This document shows, piece after piece, positions 27,113 through 41,345 of a DNA stretch of 64,000 nucleotides (within the stretch, counting starts at the first letter, position 1; the number at the start of each line of letters is the position of its first letter). The position numbers and the translations under genes were made by a program. The notes beneath the pieces are model-generated. The model ran no database searches. It worked only from the letters and a program-made list of their open reading frames with translations, and was not told the DNA's origin. The stretch lies in contig OX597820.1 of the NCBI GenBank assembly GCA_951406725.2, positions 34,782,001 through 34,846,000 of the forward strand. The letters run 5' to 3'. This DNA is from Octopus vulgaris (lineage: Eukaryota).

Positions 27113-29136
27113 TTACAACTCGCCACATAACAGACACAGAAGTGACCTTTGAAGCGATCCAGATAGTTTCTATCCCTAAGGCGCTGATCAACGCGATGAT
27201 ACTGTAAAAGGCATGTTCTGAAAGTAGTTCCACAGCAGGATCGAACCCGAAACCACTTACTCTCGAAGTAGGTTTCCTAACCACACAGCTATGCCTGCAT
27301 ATCGCGTTGACTCGTGTTTGTAAAATGGAAATAAATATTTGTATGTTTGGTATGTATTTAATTACAGTTTAAGAGATTGTGTTATTGCTGTGTATTTAAT
27401 TAATATTTGATAGGTTTTCATTTCACCAGAATTATTCAATAGAACATGAAGTGTTAAGTGTGCCACAGCTAATTAAATATCACTTTTTAATTAATGTATA
27501 CTTTATGTGATTAGTGACAGCAGGCAACATGAGCCGAGTTGAGATTCTGTATGCGGTAGTCCAGTCTGCTAAGAAGAGCAGCCAAATCTCCGAACAAAGC
27601 TATAAACAGACATTCTATCTGCGACCGTCACACGGATTTTTTCAGACACAGTGCATTCAAAGCTACATTATACAACATTGTCCTTCGTTTCTAAGCAAAT
27701 GGGCATGGTTTGAGAGAAATTTTGCTGTAATTTCTAGCAAACAGAGCGACCACACAGTTATTCTCAGGTTGGTTCGTGGCAGTCTTTTTCCAGTGGCCTA
27801 ATAGCTTTATTTTACCAACGTTATTTTTCTATAATCAAAGAGCTCGGAGTTCGACTCCATAGCTCAGCTCAGCACCATGGATAAGCATTTGTCCTTTCTC
27901 ATAACAACTGTAAAGGCTAAGCCACACGAGTGACAGCGTGTGAAAATGCATGCAATAATCCACCCTCGTGTGGATTATGCTTGATGCTTTTTGGTGGTAC
28001 ATTAAATTCGTCATCCGACGTAACAACCCCGCCTGGACGACGGGGTTGTTGGAGATCACTCAGTTGCTAGGATATACACAAGATCTTGTTTGGTTAGAAC
28101 AAAATTTGATAGCTGGACCTTAATTAATCCATGGTTTCTTCTTCACTCTTCACCCTCTACATCAATCTTGAGGACTCAGCAAAGTAACAACGTAATCACC
28201 TCGGCTGATGAAACCATTGTATATATGTATATACATACATACATACATACATACATACATACATACATACATACACATATACGCGTGTATGTGTGTGTGT
28301 GTATTTACGAATGTATGTATATATATGCATGTGTATTTATATATGCATATATATATGTATATGTGTGTGTATGTATGTAAATATTCATGCGTGTGTGTGT
28401 GTGTGTGATGTGTGAGTAAATGAAATAATAACGCGGAGAAAAATTACCCGTTATACGAGGGAGAGAGGTTGAGTGAGTGTGAGAGAGGGGGAAGAAACAA
28501 ACAAATAGATTAATAAATACAGAAAGAGAGAGGGAGAATGAGAGAGAGAGAGAAAGAGATGAGAAAGAGAGCGAGATTAAGCACTGAAGAATAAAAGTAT
28601 AGCAGAAAAGAAGTAATGAAGAAAGAAGAAAGGAAAGAAGGAAGGAAGAAAGAAAGGAGCAAAGTAAGAAAGAAAGAAAAAAGAAAGAAAGAATGAAAGA
28701 AAGGAGGAATGAAAGAAAAGAAAAGAATAAATAAATAAATGAATAAAGAATGAGTGAAAGAAAAGAAGAAAGGTAATTATAATGAAAAAAAATAATGTTA
28801 AAATAACGTTAGAAGAAAATGCTAAAAAATGTGGGAAAAAATATTGTTAAAAAATCTATTAAGTGGAGGGCGATAAAATTGAATTCCAAACAGAAGGGAA
28901 ACAGGAAGGAACAAGCGAGGTTTACGTAAGGATGGACAGAAAGAGGAGTCTGATGAAGTTTTGGCGACGATGTTTTCCTGAGGGAGGACAGCAGGGAGAT
29001 GAAATTAGTTACTTCTGCCCCAGTTATTAAACTGTCTGCTCAAGCAAGTAAACAGAAGGTTTTTATTTTCTTCCATGTCAGCAGACGACACTATTGCCGG
29101 GGACAATACATACACACATACATACACGTACGCACA

Positions 29137-29192
<56 letters not shown>

Positions 29193-29725
29193 CAGGCCTA
29201 TGGGAGTCTACGTGTAGATGTGTGTATGAGTGTGTATATATATATATGTGTACATGTGTAAATATGTATGTGAGTGTGTGTATGTATGTATATATGCATG
29301 TATATATATATATATATATATAGATAAATAGATAGATAATATAAATATGCATGTTGCATGTGGTTGTGGATGTATGCATGCATGTATGACTATGTCGGTG
29401 TATGTGCATATGTGTGTGTGTATAGTTACACACATATACACATTCGTACACACACACGCATATAAATATAAACATATATATATAGTGAGAGAGAGAGAGA
29501 GAGAGAGAGAAAAAAAAGAAGGAAAGAAAGAATAAATATTCACATACATGTGAATGTACATGAATCATGTACATACGTCTGTGGGTATGTCGTAAAAAGC
29601 TTGCTTCCCAACCACATAGTTTCGGGTTCAGTCCCACTACGTGACACCCTGAGTATAGCTTCGGACCGACCAAAGCCTTGTGAGTGGATTTGGTTGATGG
29701 AAAATGGAAGAAACCCGTCGTGTAC

Positions 29726-29805
<80 letters not shown>

Positions 29806-29891
29806 ATATATATATGTGTATGTGTGTGTGTTACGGAGACATAATTGCGTAGCAAGTGACCTGATCTGAGATCGTGTGCTGGAACGAAAGC

Positions 29892-30172
29892 AATTGCAGC
29901 GTGGAAGGTGTTTGTAAGCCATTTAAGAAACACACAAAAACCGTTTGATTCACTTCAACATTTCAATTTAATTTGCCAAAATATTTTCGTCGCTTTGAGA
30001 CCGCGAACTGTTCACTGACAAAATTCTGTGCAGCATGGAATTTTGTTAGTGAACAGGTCGCAGTCTCAACGCGACGAAAATATTTTGGGAAATTAAATTT
30101 AAATGTTGAAGTGAATCTAACGTTTTTTGTGTGTTTCTTAAATGGCTTATAAACACCTTCCACGCTGCAATT
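29892..30172. repeat. Long fold-back inverted repeat (about 140 bp arms), Penelope-like inverted terminal structure
   Basis: AATTGCAGCGTGGAAGGTGTTT...AAACACCTTCCACGCTGCAATT, centre near 30032, few mismatches, flanked by microsatellites. The PLE assignment is inference. Confidence 0.9.
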
Positions 30173-30181
30173 ATTTGTATG

Positions 30182-30306
<125 letters not shown>

Positions 30307-30423
30307 GCAGGCGTAGCTGTGCGGTAAGAAGCTTGGCAAGTGTAGCACTTCTACTATAGCCTCAGTCCGATCAAATCCTTGTGAGTGGATTTGGTAGACG
30401 GAAAGTGAAAGAAGCCCGCCGTA

Positions 30424-30489
<66 letters not shown>

Positions 30490-30827
30490 ATGTTTGGTCT
30501 CTATTTCTTATCTATTAATACCCAGGCAGCATTTGTTTTTAACGCTATTGACACACCCGGATAATTTATACTGTCCAGGTGTCAAAAGCATAATGATATC
30601 CAATGGGCAACTGAGGATGGGATGTGAATTTGCGTGTTTGGTTGATTGTAAATATATTTAGTATCTCATGTTCTCGTAGTTTCTAAGTTGTCCTCCACTG
30701 ATGTGCTAGGTCTTTTCAGACAAAAGTATATTAGAGAATTCTTTGTGTCTCAGTTTATGGTTACTGTGGTATACATATGTGGTATAATATATGGTATACA
30801 TTATACCATATATTGATATTAGTTTCA

Positions 30828-31034
30828 ATTACTGGCACAAGGCCAACAATGTTGGTGAGGGAGTAAGTCGGTTACATCGTCCCCAATGCTCAACTGGTAC
30901 TTATTTTATGGACCCCAAAATGAATGAAAGGCAAAGTCGACCTCGACAAAATTTGAACTCAGAGCATAAAGACGGATAAAAAGTTGCAAGGCATTTTGCT
31001 TGGCGTGCTAACGATTCTTCCAGCTCGCCGCCTT
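30828..31034 (-). mobile_element. SINE family B, full length
   Basis: GGCACAAGGCC..GGTACTTATTTTAT..AAAGGCAAAGTCGACCTCG..GCTAACGATTCT..AGCTCGCCGCCTT. Confidence 0.85.
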
Positions 31035-31611
31035 ATACCATACGTTAGTACTGCGTGGTTATTTCATTAGGGTTGTAAATTTTTATATAACTTATACTTA
31101 AGTATAATTTATGACAGTTGCCTTCCATACAATGTATGTATACATATGAATAAGCCTTATTTCTTTCTTGGGCTCAGTCACTAGATAGTGACCACACTGA
31201 GGACCATACAGCCTTTTAGGAAGTTTTTCCAATTTATTGACCCCCAGGCCTTTGATATATTATGCTATTTTCAAAAGGTTGAAAATGAAAAATTCGAACT
31301 GCTCTAGATTTGAAAGTAAAGTTTAATGACCTAAATACATGAGATATTATTTGATACTATACAAATTTCATACCCAACCGCCTAGACATACACATATGTG
31401 TGTGCCTATGCGAACACGTATATGTGTGTATCTACGAGTGAATGTATATATGTATGTATGTATTATGTGTACATATATATTATGTGTATGTGTGTATATA
31501 TATGCGCTCGGATGTTTATATTTATTTGCATGTATAGATCTATATGTATATGTGTATGTAAGCATATATATATATACATATATGTAAATAAATACATACG
31601 TGCACGTATAC

Positions 31612-31663
<52 letters not shown>

Positions 31664-31722
31664 ATATGTAAATTAATACATATATAAGTGGACGTATATA
31701 AATATATACTTATATATATATG

Positions 31723-31758
<36 letters not shown>

Positions 31759-31812
31759 AGTATATATGTACATATATGTATATATATATATATACATATA
31801 TGTATATATATG

Positions 31813-31867
<55 letters not shown>

Positions 31868-32595
31868 ACATGTGCACACATAAGCACACAGACACATACA
31901 CGAATATATGTGTACATACGTGACTAGCACGCACTCGTTATGATATATTTCATGACAAGAAACACATACGAACATAGACCATCTTGTGTGCGAACTATGT
32001 GTGTTTGTGTGCGTGTGTGTGTGTGTGTGTGTGTATGTGTGTGTGTGTGCCGGCATAATGATGTTAATGTTTTCTCAGACATGAGTTAAGGAGATATTGA
32101 AAAACGTATTTGAATAATAAGTCTGAGGATAGATTTCAAAGCTTTCAAGTAGCCACTCCCAAAACCTTGTACAAGTCCAAATGTATGCATCTGTGTGTGT
32201 ATGTCTGTATGTATATGCATGAATATATGTATGTATGTATGTATGTCGGCATGCATGTGTGCATATATGTACGTGCGTATGTATTTATGCGTTTATCTAT
32301 TATGTATCCATGTATGTATGTAATTACGTGTGAATACATGCATGTATATATGCTTATTATGTGTGCATGTATATAGATGCATATATACATGCATATATAT
32401 ATACATACATACATGTACATATATATATATATGTGTGTGTATGTGTGCATGCATGTTTGCGAATGTGTATCTAAGTTTGTATTTGTGTATACATATATGC
32501 ATACCTCTGTTTATATATATGTATATGCATGTATTATTATCTGGATGTATGGATGTATGTGTGTATATATGTGTACATCTGTACATGTGTGTACG

Positions 32596-32696
<101 letters not shown>

Positions 32697-32704
32697 GTAT
32701 TCAT

Positions 32705-32773
<69 letters not shown>

Positions 32774-33203
32774 TGCTTGTGTGTGTGTGCGTGCATGTAA
32801 TTATATGTTTAGATAGACACACACATACATACACATATATATTCATATACATATGTGCATACATAGATATATTCGAGTATGCGTGTCTGCGTACACGTTC
32901 ATATATATGTTCATATACATAACCAAATCTCAAGTTTCATTGATGATATCATCGGTGCATTTAAGCAGCAACGCTGCAGCGTCAATGCAATGAGAATCAA
33001 CAATAAATCGCAGCCTGTTGTGTTTGGCGTAGAGGGCGACGAAGGACAATGCAGAAGCTGGAACAAAGGAAAGCCGATACTCAAGCGTCTATGTAATACT
33101 AATGAGCAAAATGTGGGTTGATTTGAAGAAAGTAGTCGTACTCCCAACCCCATATTCTAAAGAAGAAACGACATTTTGAAATAGTCTGATTGTGACAAAT
33201 ATA

Positions 33204-33939
33204 CGAGCGAGAGCCGAAAAATTTCTAGCTTTAAGGTCGTCGCGAAAGGTCTGGTTAGAGGCTCAAACTTCCGAGTTCTTTAACAGGGATTAGAAAAAAA
33301 ATGAAAGACCGCTCCAATAAATGCGTGAATCTGAGAGGGGAATATCTATATATATAAAACTGTAGTTGTGTGAGTGTCTGTCTCCTACGATTTAGATTCC
33401 TAACTCCTCCCACATTTTGCGGTGCAGTTTAACCAAATTCGGGTATCTTATAGTCGTGATTCATATCGAGCCCGTCTGGCTATTAGCGCGCGTCTACGAT
33501 GAGTCTACGATTTTAAAAATAATTTAACATCATTTTTTATTCCATTTTAATGCATAATTTTTCGTGTGTCGATGGCGGCGGAGTTGGCGTCCACGCTCAA
33601 ACACCTGCACCTGTGTTTGCTTCTCCCCCTTCTTCCCTACCTTGTGAAGCTGTGGAGAAGGGAGTTTAAGGAAATCAACGTCGTAATGCGTTGTCAAGGA
33701 GACCAGCGTTCTTTTAGAACAACGACTTCATGGCTTGAAGACACCAAAACAGAAATGGCTAAGAAAGCCCGAATTGGCATCTATAAAGGAAGTAACTCTC
33801 TAAAAATGCTTATATAGTTATTTCCCTTACAAACCCGAGCAACGCCGGGCGATACTGCTAGTGTTCAATAAAATCATAATTAACTGAAGTTCGTGTATTT
33901 TCTTTTATACAAAGCCAAGAACTTTTCAACACCCTCTCG
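33204..33939 (+). mobile_element. Mariner-derived non-autonomous element split by a Helitron
   Basis: TA-CGAG...CTCG termini. Removing 33345-33861 restores AAATGCGTGAATCTGAGAGGGGAATATGTTCAATAA (KCVNLRGEYVQ*, a mariner transposase-like C-terminus). Confidence 0.75.
33345..33861 (+). mobile_element. Complete non-autonomous Helitron
   Basis: Inserted between host A and T with no TSD; 5' TC, 3' CTAG, subterminal hairpin CCCGAGCAACGCCGGG. Confidence 0.9.
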
Positions 33940-35719
33940 TTGTTCTGGTTATAGAGTTGACTGTGTATAGAAAAGGCGTAATAGTGTGGCTATATAAAAA
34001 GGAAGAGCCTGAAATGGTCAAGATCTTCGGGTTATATCATATCATAAAAGGCAGGAGTAGCATGGTAATTTGTGGTGATTCCATTTGAATTAAGATGCCA
34101 TGGATTTGTGTTGCTACTCCTACGATGTCTTTTCTCCTGCTTGATTGATATTGGGTTAGGAAGGATATCTGAACAGAGATGTGTAATCCAGGGAACAGAA
34201 TCCACCATACCAAAGATATGACAGACATATGTAACAGGAATACTAAAATTGGGAACAATGAACAAATCGTTGGCCAGTTGTAAAAATTATATTGTTTTTC
34301 GGTTAGAGCAGTTACACATGGTTATTTGATGCTGTGGTCGCATGGATATGGAAGTAAGAATGCATGTATCGACTGATGCTATCCTAAGATAGCATTAATG
34401 CTATTCAACCTCATTAGATGGAGCGATACTGTCATAAGTTGTTGAAATCATTGTGGTTGCCAATTGACAGCTGATGAAGGTTATGTCCCTTATGTGTGCA
34501 AAATAAAGCATGGGTCTTTGTATGTGATTGTGCGCGTGTGTGTGTGTGTGCTTGTTTACGTGTATATGTGTGTGTGTGTGTGAGTAACTTAAAGAATTCT
34601 GTCAAAACTGAACATGACACCATACGTATACTAAATACGAAGAAATGTTTATATCAATCTGTAATAAAGACTGCTTTTATCTAACACGAAAACGTGGCGG
34701 CATAAACTTAACATCAATTAAAGCAGCCTTTGAATGTTACACCATCTCTCTACGCTTACATCAAGTGACGTCGAAGTGTACCCGTGAATCAAATCTACGT
34801 ACATGAGGCAAATAACATCAGCAGAGCTTGAAAGCTCGTCCGAAACATTCTAAGGCTGATGACCAAAGATACACATCACGGGAAATTGCACAGCTCTATT
34901 GCAACAAAATATCACAGCAAAAAGGTTTCTCTTAATCAGTAGAAATTCTTGCATGGCTATGTCATCAGAGCACTTAAGAATGATAGAAATATAGATAACC
35001 AGATTTTATCAATCGACAACAATTACATTAGACAAAACAAAATCCAAGAAGTTTGTTGGGGATCTGCGACAGCAAAACTAGTAAACGTGAAGTAAAATTA
35101 CTGTGGTGTGAAGAGTTTCCAACGTTTTGGGCATAAGAATGAAATAAAAGACAGGCAGCAAAGTTTTACAATTCTATGTCTCAGCAATTGGCTACAGTTT
35201 GATGGGAAACTGAAAACGATGTGAGCTCATATATGTGTATTTAAAAAGTTGGAGATTTTACTCTCTTCATTTGTGACCACCTCACCAATCTTTCTGTCAC
35301 TTTTTCCAAATTGATATATAAAGTTAGCTCACCTTTTTGAAACCGATGACCAGGAAATACAAAAAATAACATCCTAATTAAGAGTACTCGATGGGATATA
35401 AGTGGTACACCAGATGCTAGAAGCGGTGCGGATCCTGAGGAATTATCACTAAAGACGTAACCTGTATCATCATAAAACAATCTGTGAGGCAGAAATATAG
35501 TGACCAACTCGCTTTACAAAGTAACTCGTCAAAAAAGGTAAATCCTAGACATCAAACTATAAGAGGTTACAGTGATGTGGATGGAAGGAATGGGGGCAGG
35601 TGGGTGACTAATCACTGATCGTACTAGAAGAATACAGGTGAAGTATTCTCGTATGTTCCTTGCAAAAGATCTGTAAAATATAGGCTAACAAACCCGACAT
35701 TATGAACTGCGGTTGAGAG

Positions 35720-35759
<40 letters not shown>

Positions 35760-35835
35760 TATATATATGTATGTATGGATATATATATATACACACACAC
35801 ACATATATATATATATGTATGTATATATATATATG

Positions 35836-35890
<55 letters not shown>

Positions 35891-36188
35891 TTAATTGCTC
35901 ATATATATTTGCGTATATATATATGTCTGTATACACTGATAAATGCATACATGTACACACATATACATGTATGCGTTTGAATTCGAGTGCGTATGTGTGT
36001 GCGTGTCTGTGTGAAGTAAGTGTAGATAATACATTTCCCGTAGGCATCTTTTACAACTGAAATAACAACGAAACTCTGATGGACCAGTAATCACACAGGC
36101 TTTATACAAAGACAACCATTATAAACACATAGATCTACATACACTTATTCACACACAAGCGTCGCACACATATATGCATGTATGTTTG

Positions 36189-36270
<82 letters not shown>

Positions 36271-36361
36271 TGTGTATTTAGATAGATACGTGATCTATAT
36301 GCGTGTGTATACTCTCACATATATTCGTATGTAAGGGTATACAAATTTACAATATATATAC

Positions 36362-36403
<42 letters not shown>

Positions 36404-36412
36404 ATATATATG

Positions 36413-36464
<52 letters not shown>

Positions 36465-36468
36465 TATA

Positions 36469-36515
<47 letters not shown>

Positions 36516-37170
36516 GTCTATATATATATATATATATATAATATGCATTTGTATATTACTTAAATGGGTGCGTACTCGTATGTATACACACACACGTCAA
36601 CAGCAAAACCAGCCAGATAAGGGAAGACAACACCACACATTGTCCTTATATTATCAATAAACGAGTTTGCCTATCATACATTTTATTCATTGGCCTCTTA
36701 CTGTCGTATTTGTTAACGTTATTATTATTATTATACATATGACATTGGCCTCCAGCAAACAAACTTCTTGCCCTGAGTCATCACCTGAATATTCACCCTT
36801 ACACACACGGGCGTGCGCACACTCACGTACGTAGCATATCTTTTACTTGTTTCAGTTAGTGGACTCCGAGCCACCTGGTGCGCCGTTCTACACACACACA
36901 TGAATAAATACATAGTTATATATGTATACACACATTTATTTACACACACACACACACAAATATGTATATGTATATTTGAGTGCGTATGTTTTTTTCTATA
37001 TTTTTGTTTTGGTGAAGAACAAGCGTCTAAAACGTCAATATTGTTTTCATATTTTCCTTTCTTTTAAACGTTAAGCTGATGCGACATTTGTTATAACTTG
37101 TCCTTACTGTGTTGCCTTGTTTCTTTTGCTGTTCTCTGACTTCATTATATATTTATATATATATATATAA

Positions 37171-37511
37171 AGGGTAAAGACCCCCTTCGGTCATGAATGA
37201 CCATGGGATTGCACCTAGAAAGTTACCCTCCTAGACACAAGTCCGGGCACGGTTGTTTATGGAAGACCAGCAGTCGCCCATGCATACCAGCCTCCCCTCT
37301 CCACGCCACCAGTGTTATCCAAGGGAAAGACAACGGTCGATACAGCTTGGCACCAGTGACGTCGCAACTCATTTCTACAGCTGAGTGAACTGGAGCAACG
37401 TGAAATAAAGTGCCTTGCTCAAGAACACAACACCCAGCCCGGTCCGGGATTCGAGCTCACAACCTCTCGATCGTAAGCTCGACGCTCTAACCACTGAGCC
37501 ATGCGCCTTCA

Positions 37512-37512
<1 letters not shown>
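37171..37512 (-). mobile_element. SINE family E, full length
   Basis: Minus strand GGCGCATGGCTCAGTGGTTAGAGCG..GAGCTCGAATCCCGG head; body shared with family C; distinct tail GCAATCCCATGGTCATTCATGACCGAAGGGGGTCTTTACCCT. Confidence 0.9.
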
Positions 37513-37607
<95 letters not shown>

Positions 37608-37646
37608 AACAAACAGAGCTACATTCATGTTTATATATCTATCTAC

Positions 37647-37745
<99 letters not shown>

Positions 37746-38419
37746 TATATATATATATATATATACATATTGTATTTAGGGATGGTCATGTTACCAGTTT
37801 AGCCAATGTAAACACACGCACTATATATTTGGGGTTATTTTGGTTCAGCTTTATTTTTTACATTAATCGTATTTCGGCCAGAGTTCTGTGACCTCATCAG
37901 TGGTCCTTTGCCTTCTCCTTTCTTATTTGTGTGTCTTTCCTTACTAACGATCAGCCATTTTGTAACGATTTCACATCAAGTATCTTGCAAAACAAATATA
38001 TAAACGTATATATACATACTTATATATATTACATATATATACATGCATACATATAAACATATATATTTGTATGTATGTGTGTATATTGCGTATCATAATA
38101 TGAATGAATATTTATTTTATATAATAAAGTTAGTCCTTTAAATATTTTCGTATACTGTGAGAGGACAAGAATCCTGTCTCATTTGATTACAGACTGATCA
38201 TCAGGGGAAAAAATATTTTGAAATATTTATAGCAGCATGGGAATATAGTGGAGCCATCAATACACTCGCTCATCTCGCAGTATTCGGAGTTATTCAAATT
38301 TTGCAGCTTGACATCTTTGGTACTAGATTGAGCGTATGTTAGTGAGATTCTTACAGCAAGGAATAACATCTTATTCGTGCATAGTGGACAGCACTTCACT
38401 GAAGTACTCATAGGAACAT

Positions 38420-39205
38420 TTTGTTATTGCTACATGGACGGTACCTTACTGATTTACTTACGTCAATTGCTGGTACCTCCTTAGTGTTAGAGGCACTGTA
38501 TCTCACAGAAATAGTTACAGAAGTGAATAATACCTGCCTAAAATACGTACTGTAATTAACCGTAAAGCTACATGAGCTCAATGAGGTACTCTAAGGTGGT
38601 AGAGCAATAAGTGGTACTTCGTTAGTGTTAGATGCATTGTATGCCACTTATGCACATACAGCAATAAATGGTATTCCTAGATGGTCAGTACCTTTCTGAG
38701 GTACACATCAAAATAACGGTAACGCATTAGTGCCACATGGACTGTACCTCAGTGAGGTACTTGCAGCAAAGAATGGTACTTCGAGATGAACTGTACCCTC
38801 TTGAGGCACACTGCAATAACGATAACACGTTAGTGTTCCAAAAACTATAACTCGCTGTGGTAGGTACTTACAGCAGTGAGTGGTACCTTCTAGATGTACT
38901 GAGCCTTCTGGAGGTACAAACCGCAATTATTGATATCTTCTTAATGCTACAGGAACTGTACTCCATTAAGATACTCACAGCAAAGGATGGTACCTCCTTA
39001 GACTTAGATATACTGTTCTTCGTCAATTTACTTACAGTAGCGAATGGTTTCTCCTAGATGATCAGTACCTAACTGAAATACCTACCACAATTAATGATGG
39101 ATTTTTAATGCTAGCTGAAACTGTACCTCACTCATTGAGCTATGTCCAGCAATGAATGGTACCTCTTTAGTGCTAGATAAGACTGTATCTCACTGAGGTA
39201 CATGT
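38420..39205 (+). repeat. Degenerate minisatellite, roughly 14-15 units of about 49-57 bp
   Basis: Approximate unit ACAGCAATGAATGGTACCTCCTTAGTGCTAGATGAACTGTACCTCACTGAGGTACTT, with internal palindrome GTACCTCANTGAGGTAC. Confidence 0.8.
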
Positions 39206-39821
39206 AACAATAGACAATGCCTTTTTTTTCAGAAAGGAGGTCGAGTATGTTGAGAATAGTGTCTTTCTCAATAAAGGGAGATATCAAAAACTCGATGGGA
39301 GGATTCGAACCGTTTTTTTTTAATCTTCTGGGCTTTAAGTTTCACATCTTTCAATTCTTCAGTTATTGTACGGCGGCCACGCTGGGGCTTCGCCTTGGAG
39401 AGTTTTAGTCATAAATTGACCCCAGTACTTATTCTTTTTACAGTATGTTACTTATTCTATCGGTTCCCTTTTGCTGAACCGATAAGTTACAGGGACGCAA
39501 ACAAACCGACACCGGCTGTCAAGCTGTGGTTGGGACACAAACACACACAAGCACACATACAAACACATATGCACACACATCCACACACATCCACACACAT
39601 CCACACACACACATATACACATAAAAATCTGGACTCATTATGTATGTATAGCCAATGGAAATCTGCATGTGCAAGTGTGTGTGTGTATATGTGTGTGAGA
39701 GAGCCTGTGTGTACATTCATGTATGTGTATGTGTGTCTGTGTTTGTCTGTTTCTCTCCCTAACGCTTAACAAAGGGTGTAAGTTTCTTTACGTCCATGTA
39801 ACTTAGCATTTTTTTTCATTT

Positions 39822-40096
39822 ATGCGCCCTTTTCAAGCCTAACTAGGCCGGTTTACCGGTTTCTGTGGACGCCAATCCATCGCAGCGTTACTCAAGAAAC
39901 GGGAAGAAATAGTGAGAGAAAGTTGGGGCGAAAGAGTACAACAGGGGTCGCCACCAGCCCCTGCCGGAGCCTTGTGGACCTTTAGGTGTTTTCACTCAAT
40001 AAACACACACACAACGCCCGGTCTGGGAATCGAAACCGCGATCCCCCGACCGCGAGTCCGCTGCCCTAACCACTGGGCCATTCATTGCGCCTCCAC
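39822..40096 (-). mobile_element. SINE family D
   Basis: Matches 6066-6352; head on the minus strand GGCCCAGTGGTTAGGGCAGCGGACTCGCGGTC..GGTTTCGATTCCC. Confidence 0.88.
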
Positions 40097-41311
40097 AACT
40101 TAGCAGTTGGGCATAACAAAAAGATCGAAAGAGTAAATGTCAAGTTTAAAAAACAAAACGTAAGTACCGGGGTCGATGTGTTTGACTAAACATTTCAAGG
40201 CCGTGCTCCAGCATAGCCGCAGTCTAATGACCGAAACAAGTGAATGGTAAAAAGACAAAAAAAAAAAAAAAAATTCTACATCGTCGTTCTCTTTCCTCAC
40301 ACTGCTTGCTTACCACATATATCAAACCAACGTGATATCCAGATGGCCACCACGAGGAAATGCTCGTCCATTCATTAAAGAAGGCTGTAACTTTTTAAGC
40401 CTTCATTCCTAAATAAATAAATGTCACATGTGAGGAATATTTGCAGTCTTTTTCAAAACTGTGTTACTGGGTTGAGTGCGTGTGTATGTGTATGTATATG
40501 TGTGTATGCGTGTGTGTGTTTATGTGTGTGTGTGTGGATGTGTGGATGTGTGCTCGCGCGCGTGTATCTGTGTGCGTGTGTATGTATGTGTATGTGTGCA
40601 CGTGTATGTGTATGTATGCGTGTGTGTGGATATGTGTGTATGTGTGTGCGCGCGTGTGTATGTGCGTGTGTGTGTGTGTGTATGTATGTGTATGTATGCG
40701 TGTGTATGTGTGTGTGTATGTGAAAGAGTGTGTATGCGCCTGTTGTGTATGTGTGTATGTATGTATGTATGTATGTATGTGTGTGTATGTATGCGTGTAT
40801 GAGCGTATGCATGCGCTTATGTGTATGCGTGTGTGTGAACGTGTGTGTGTATTTGTGTTTGTATATGTGTGTATATATGTGTGTGTATGTGTGTGTATAT
40901 GTGTATGTGTGCATGTGTATACGTGTGTATATGTATCTATATACGTATTATTAATAATGATAGTGATAGTAATATAAAAAGTGGTGGTGGTAGTATTAGT
41001 AGTAGTATATGGGGTTGCGGTGGTGGTGTTAGTGGTGGTGGTCGTGGGTGTAGTAGTTGTAGTAGCTGTGTGTTTAAGCGTGTGTAGTTGCGTGCATATG
41101 TATGTGGTAGATACGGGTGGGAGACGTGTACGCTAGTTATGTGTACGTGCCTGGGTATGTAATAATTTTGTGTGCGTGTGTATGTTGTAGAAGTATGTGC
41201 ATGTGTCCATTGTGTCTGTGTGTGTTCGTGTGTGTGTATGTGTGTTTGTATATGTATGTATATGTGTGTATATGTCCTCACTCTCTTACTGCTCCCCTTG
41301 TTTGTTCGCTC

Positions 41312-41345
<34 letters not shown>

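Noticed and set aside
28022-28050. AACAACCCCG-N9-CGGGGTTGTT hairpin resembling a terminator
   Set aside because: Isolated 10 bp stem in eukaryotic DNA with no supporting context.
28480-28780. Purine-rich GA/GAAA tract
   Set aside because: Ordinary low-complexity repeat.
30606-30693. GGGCAA-CTGAGGA...GTTGTCC as a hammerhead
   Set aside because: No GAAA box or stem III, so it was not counted.
32925-33121. Non-repetitive open frame (..[14 protein letters not shown]..)
   Set aside because: Short, no recognisable domain and weak splice signals.
37005-37042. GGTGAAGAACAAGCGTCTAAAACGTCAA as a hammerhead
   Set aside because: Both core boxes and stem II are mutated; at most a relic of the 58659 type.
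38420-39205. CRISPR-like appearance (repeated palindromes)
   Set aside because: The whole unit repeats and is degenerate, there are no unique spacers or cas genes, and the context is eukaryotic.
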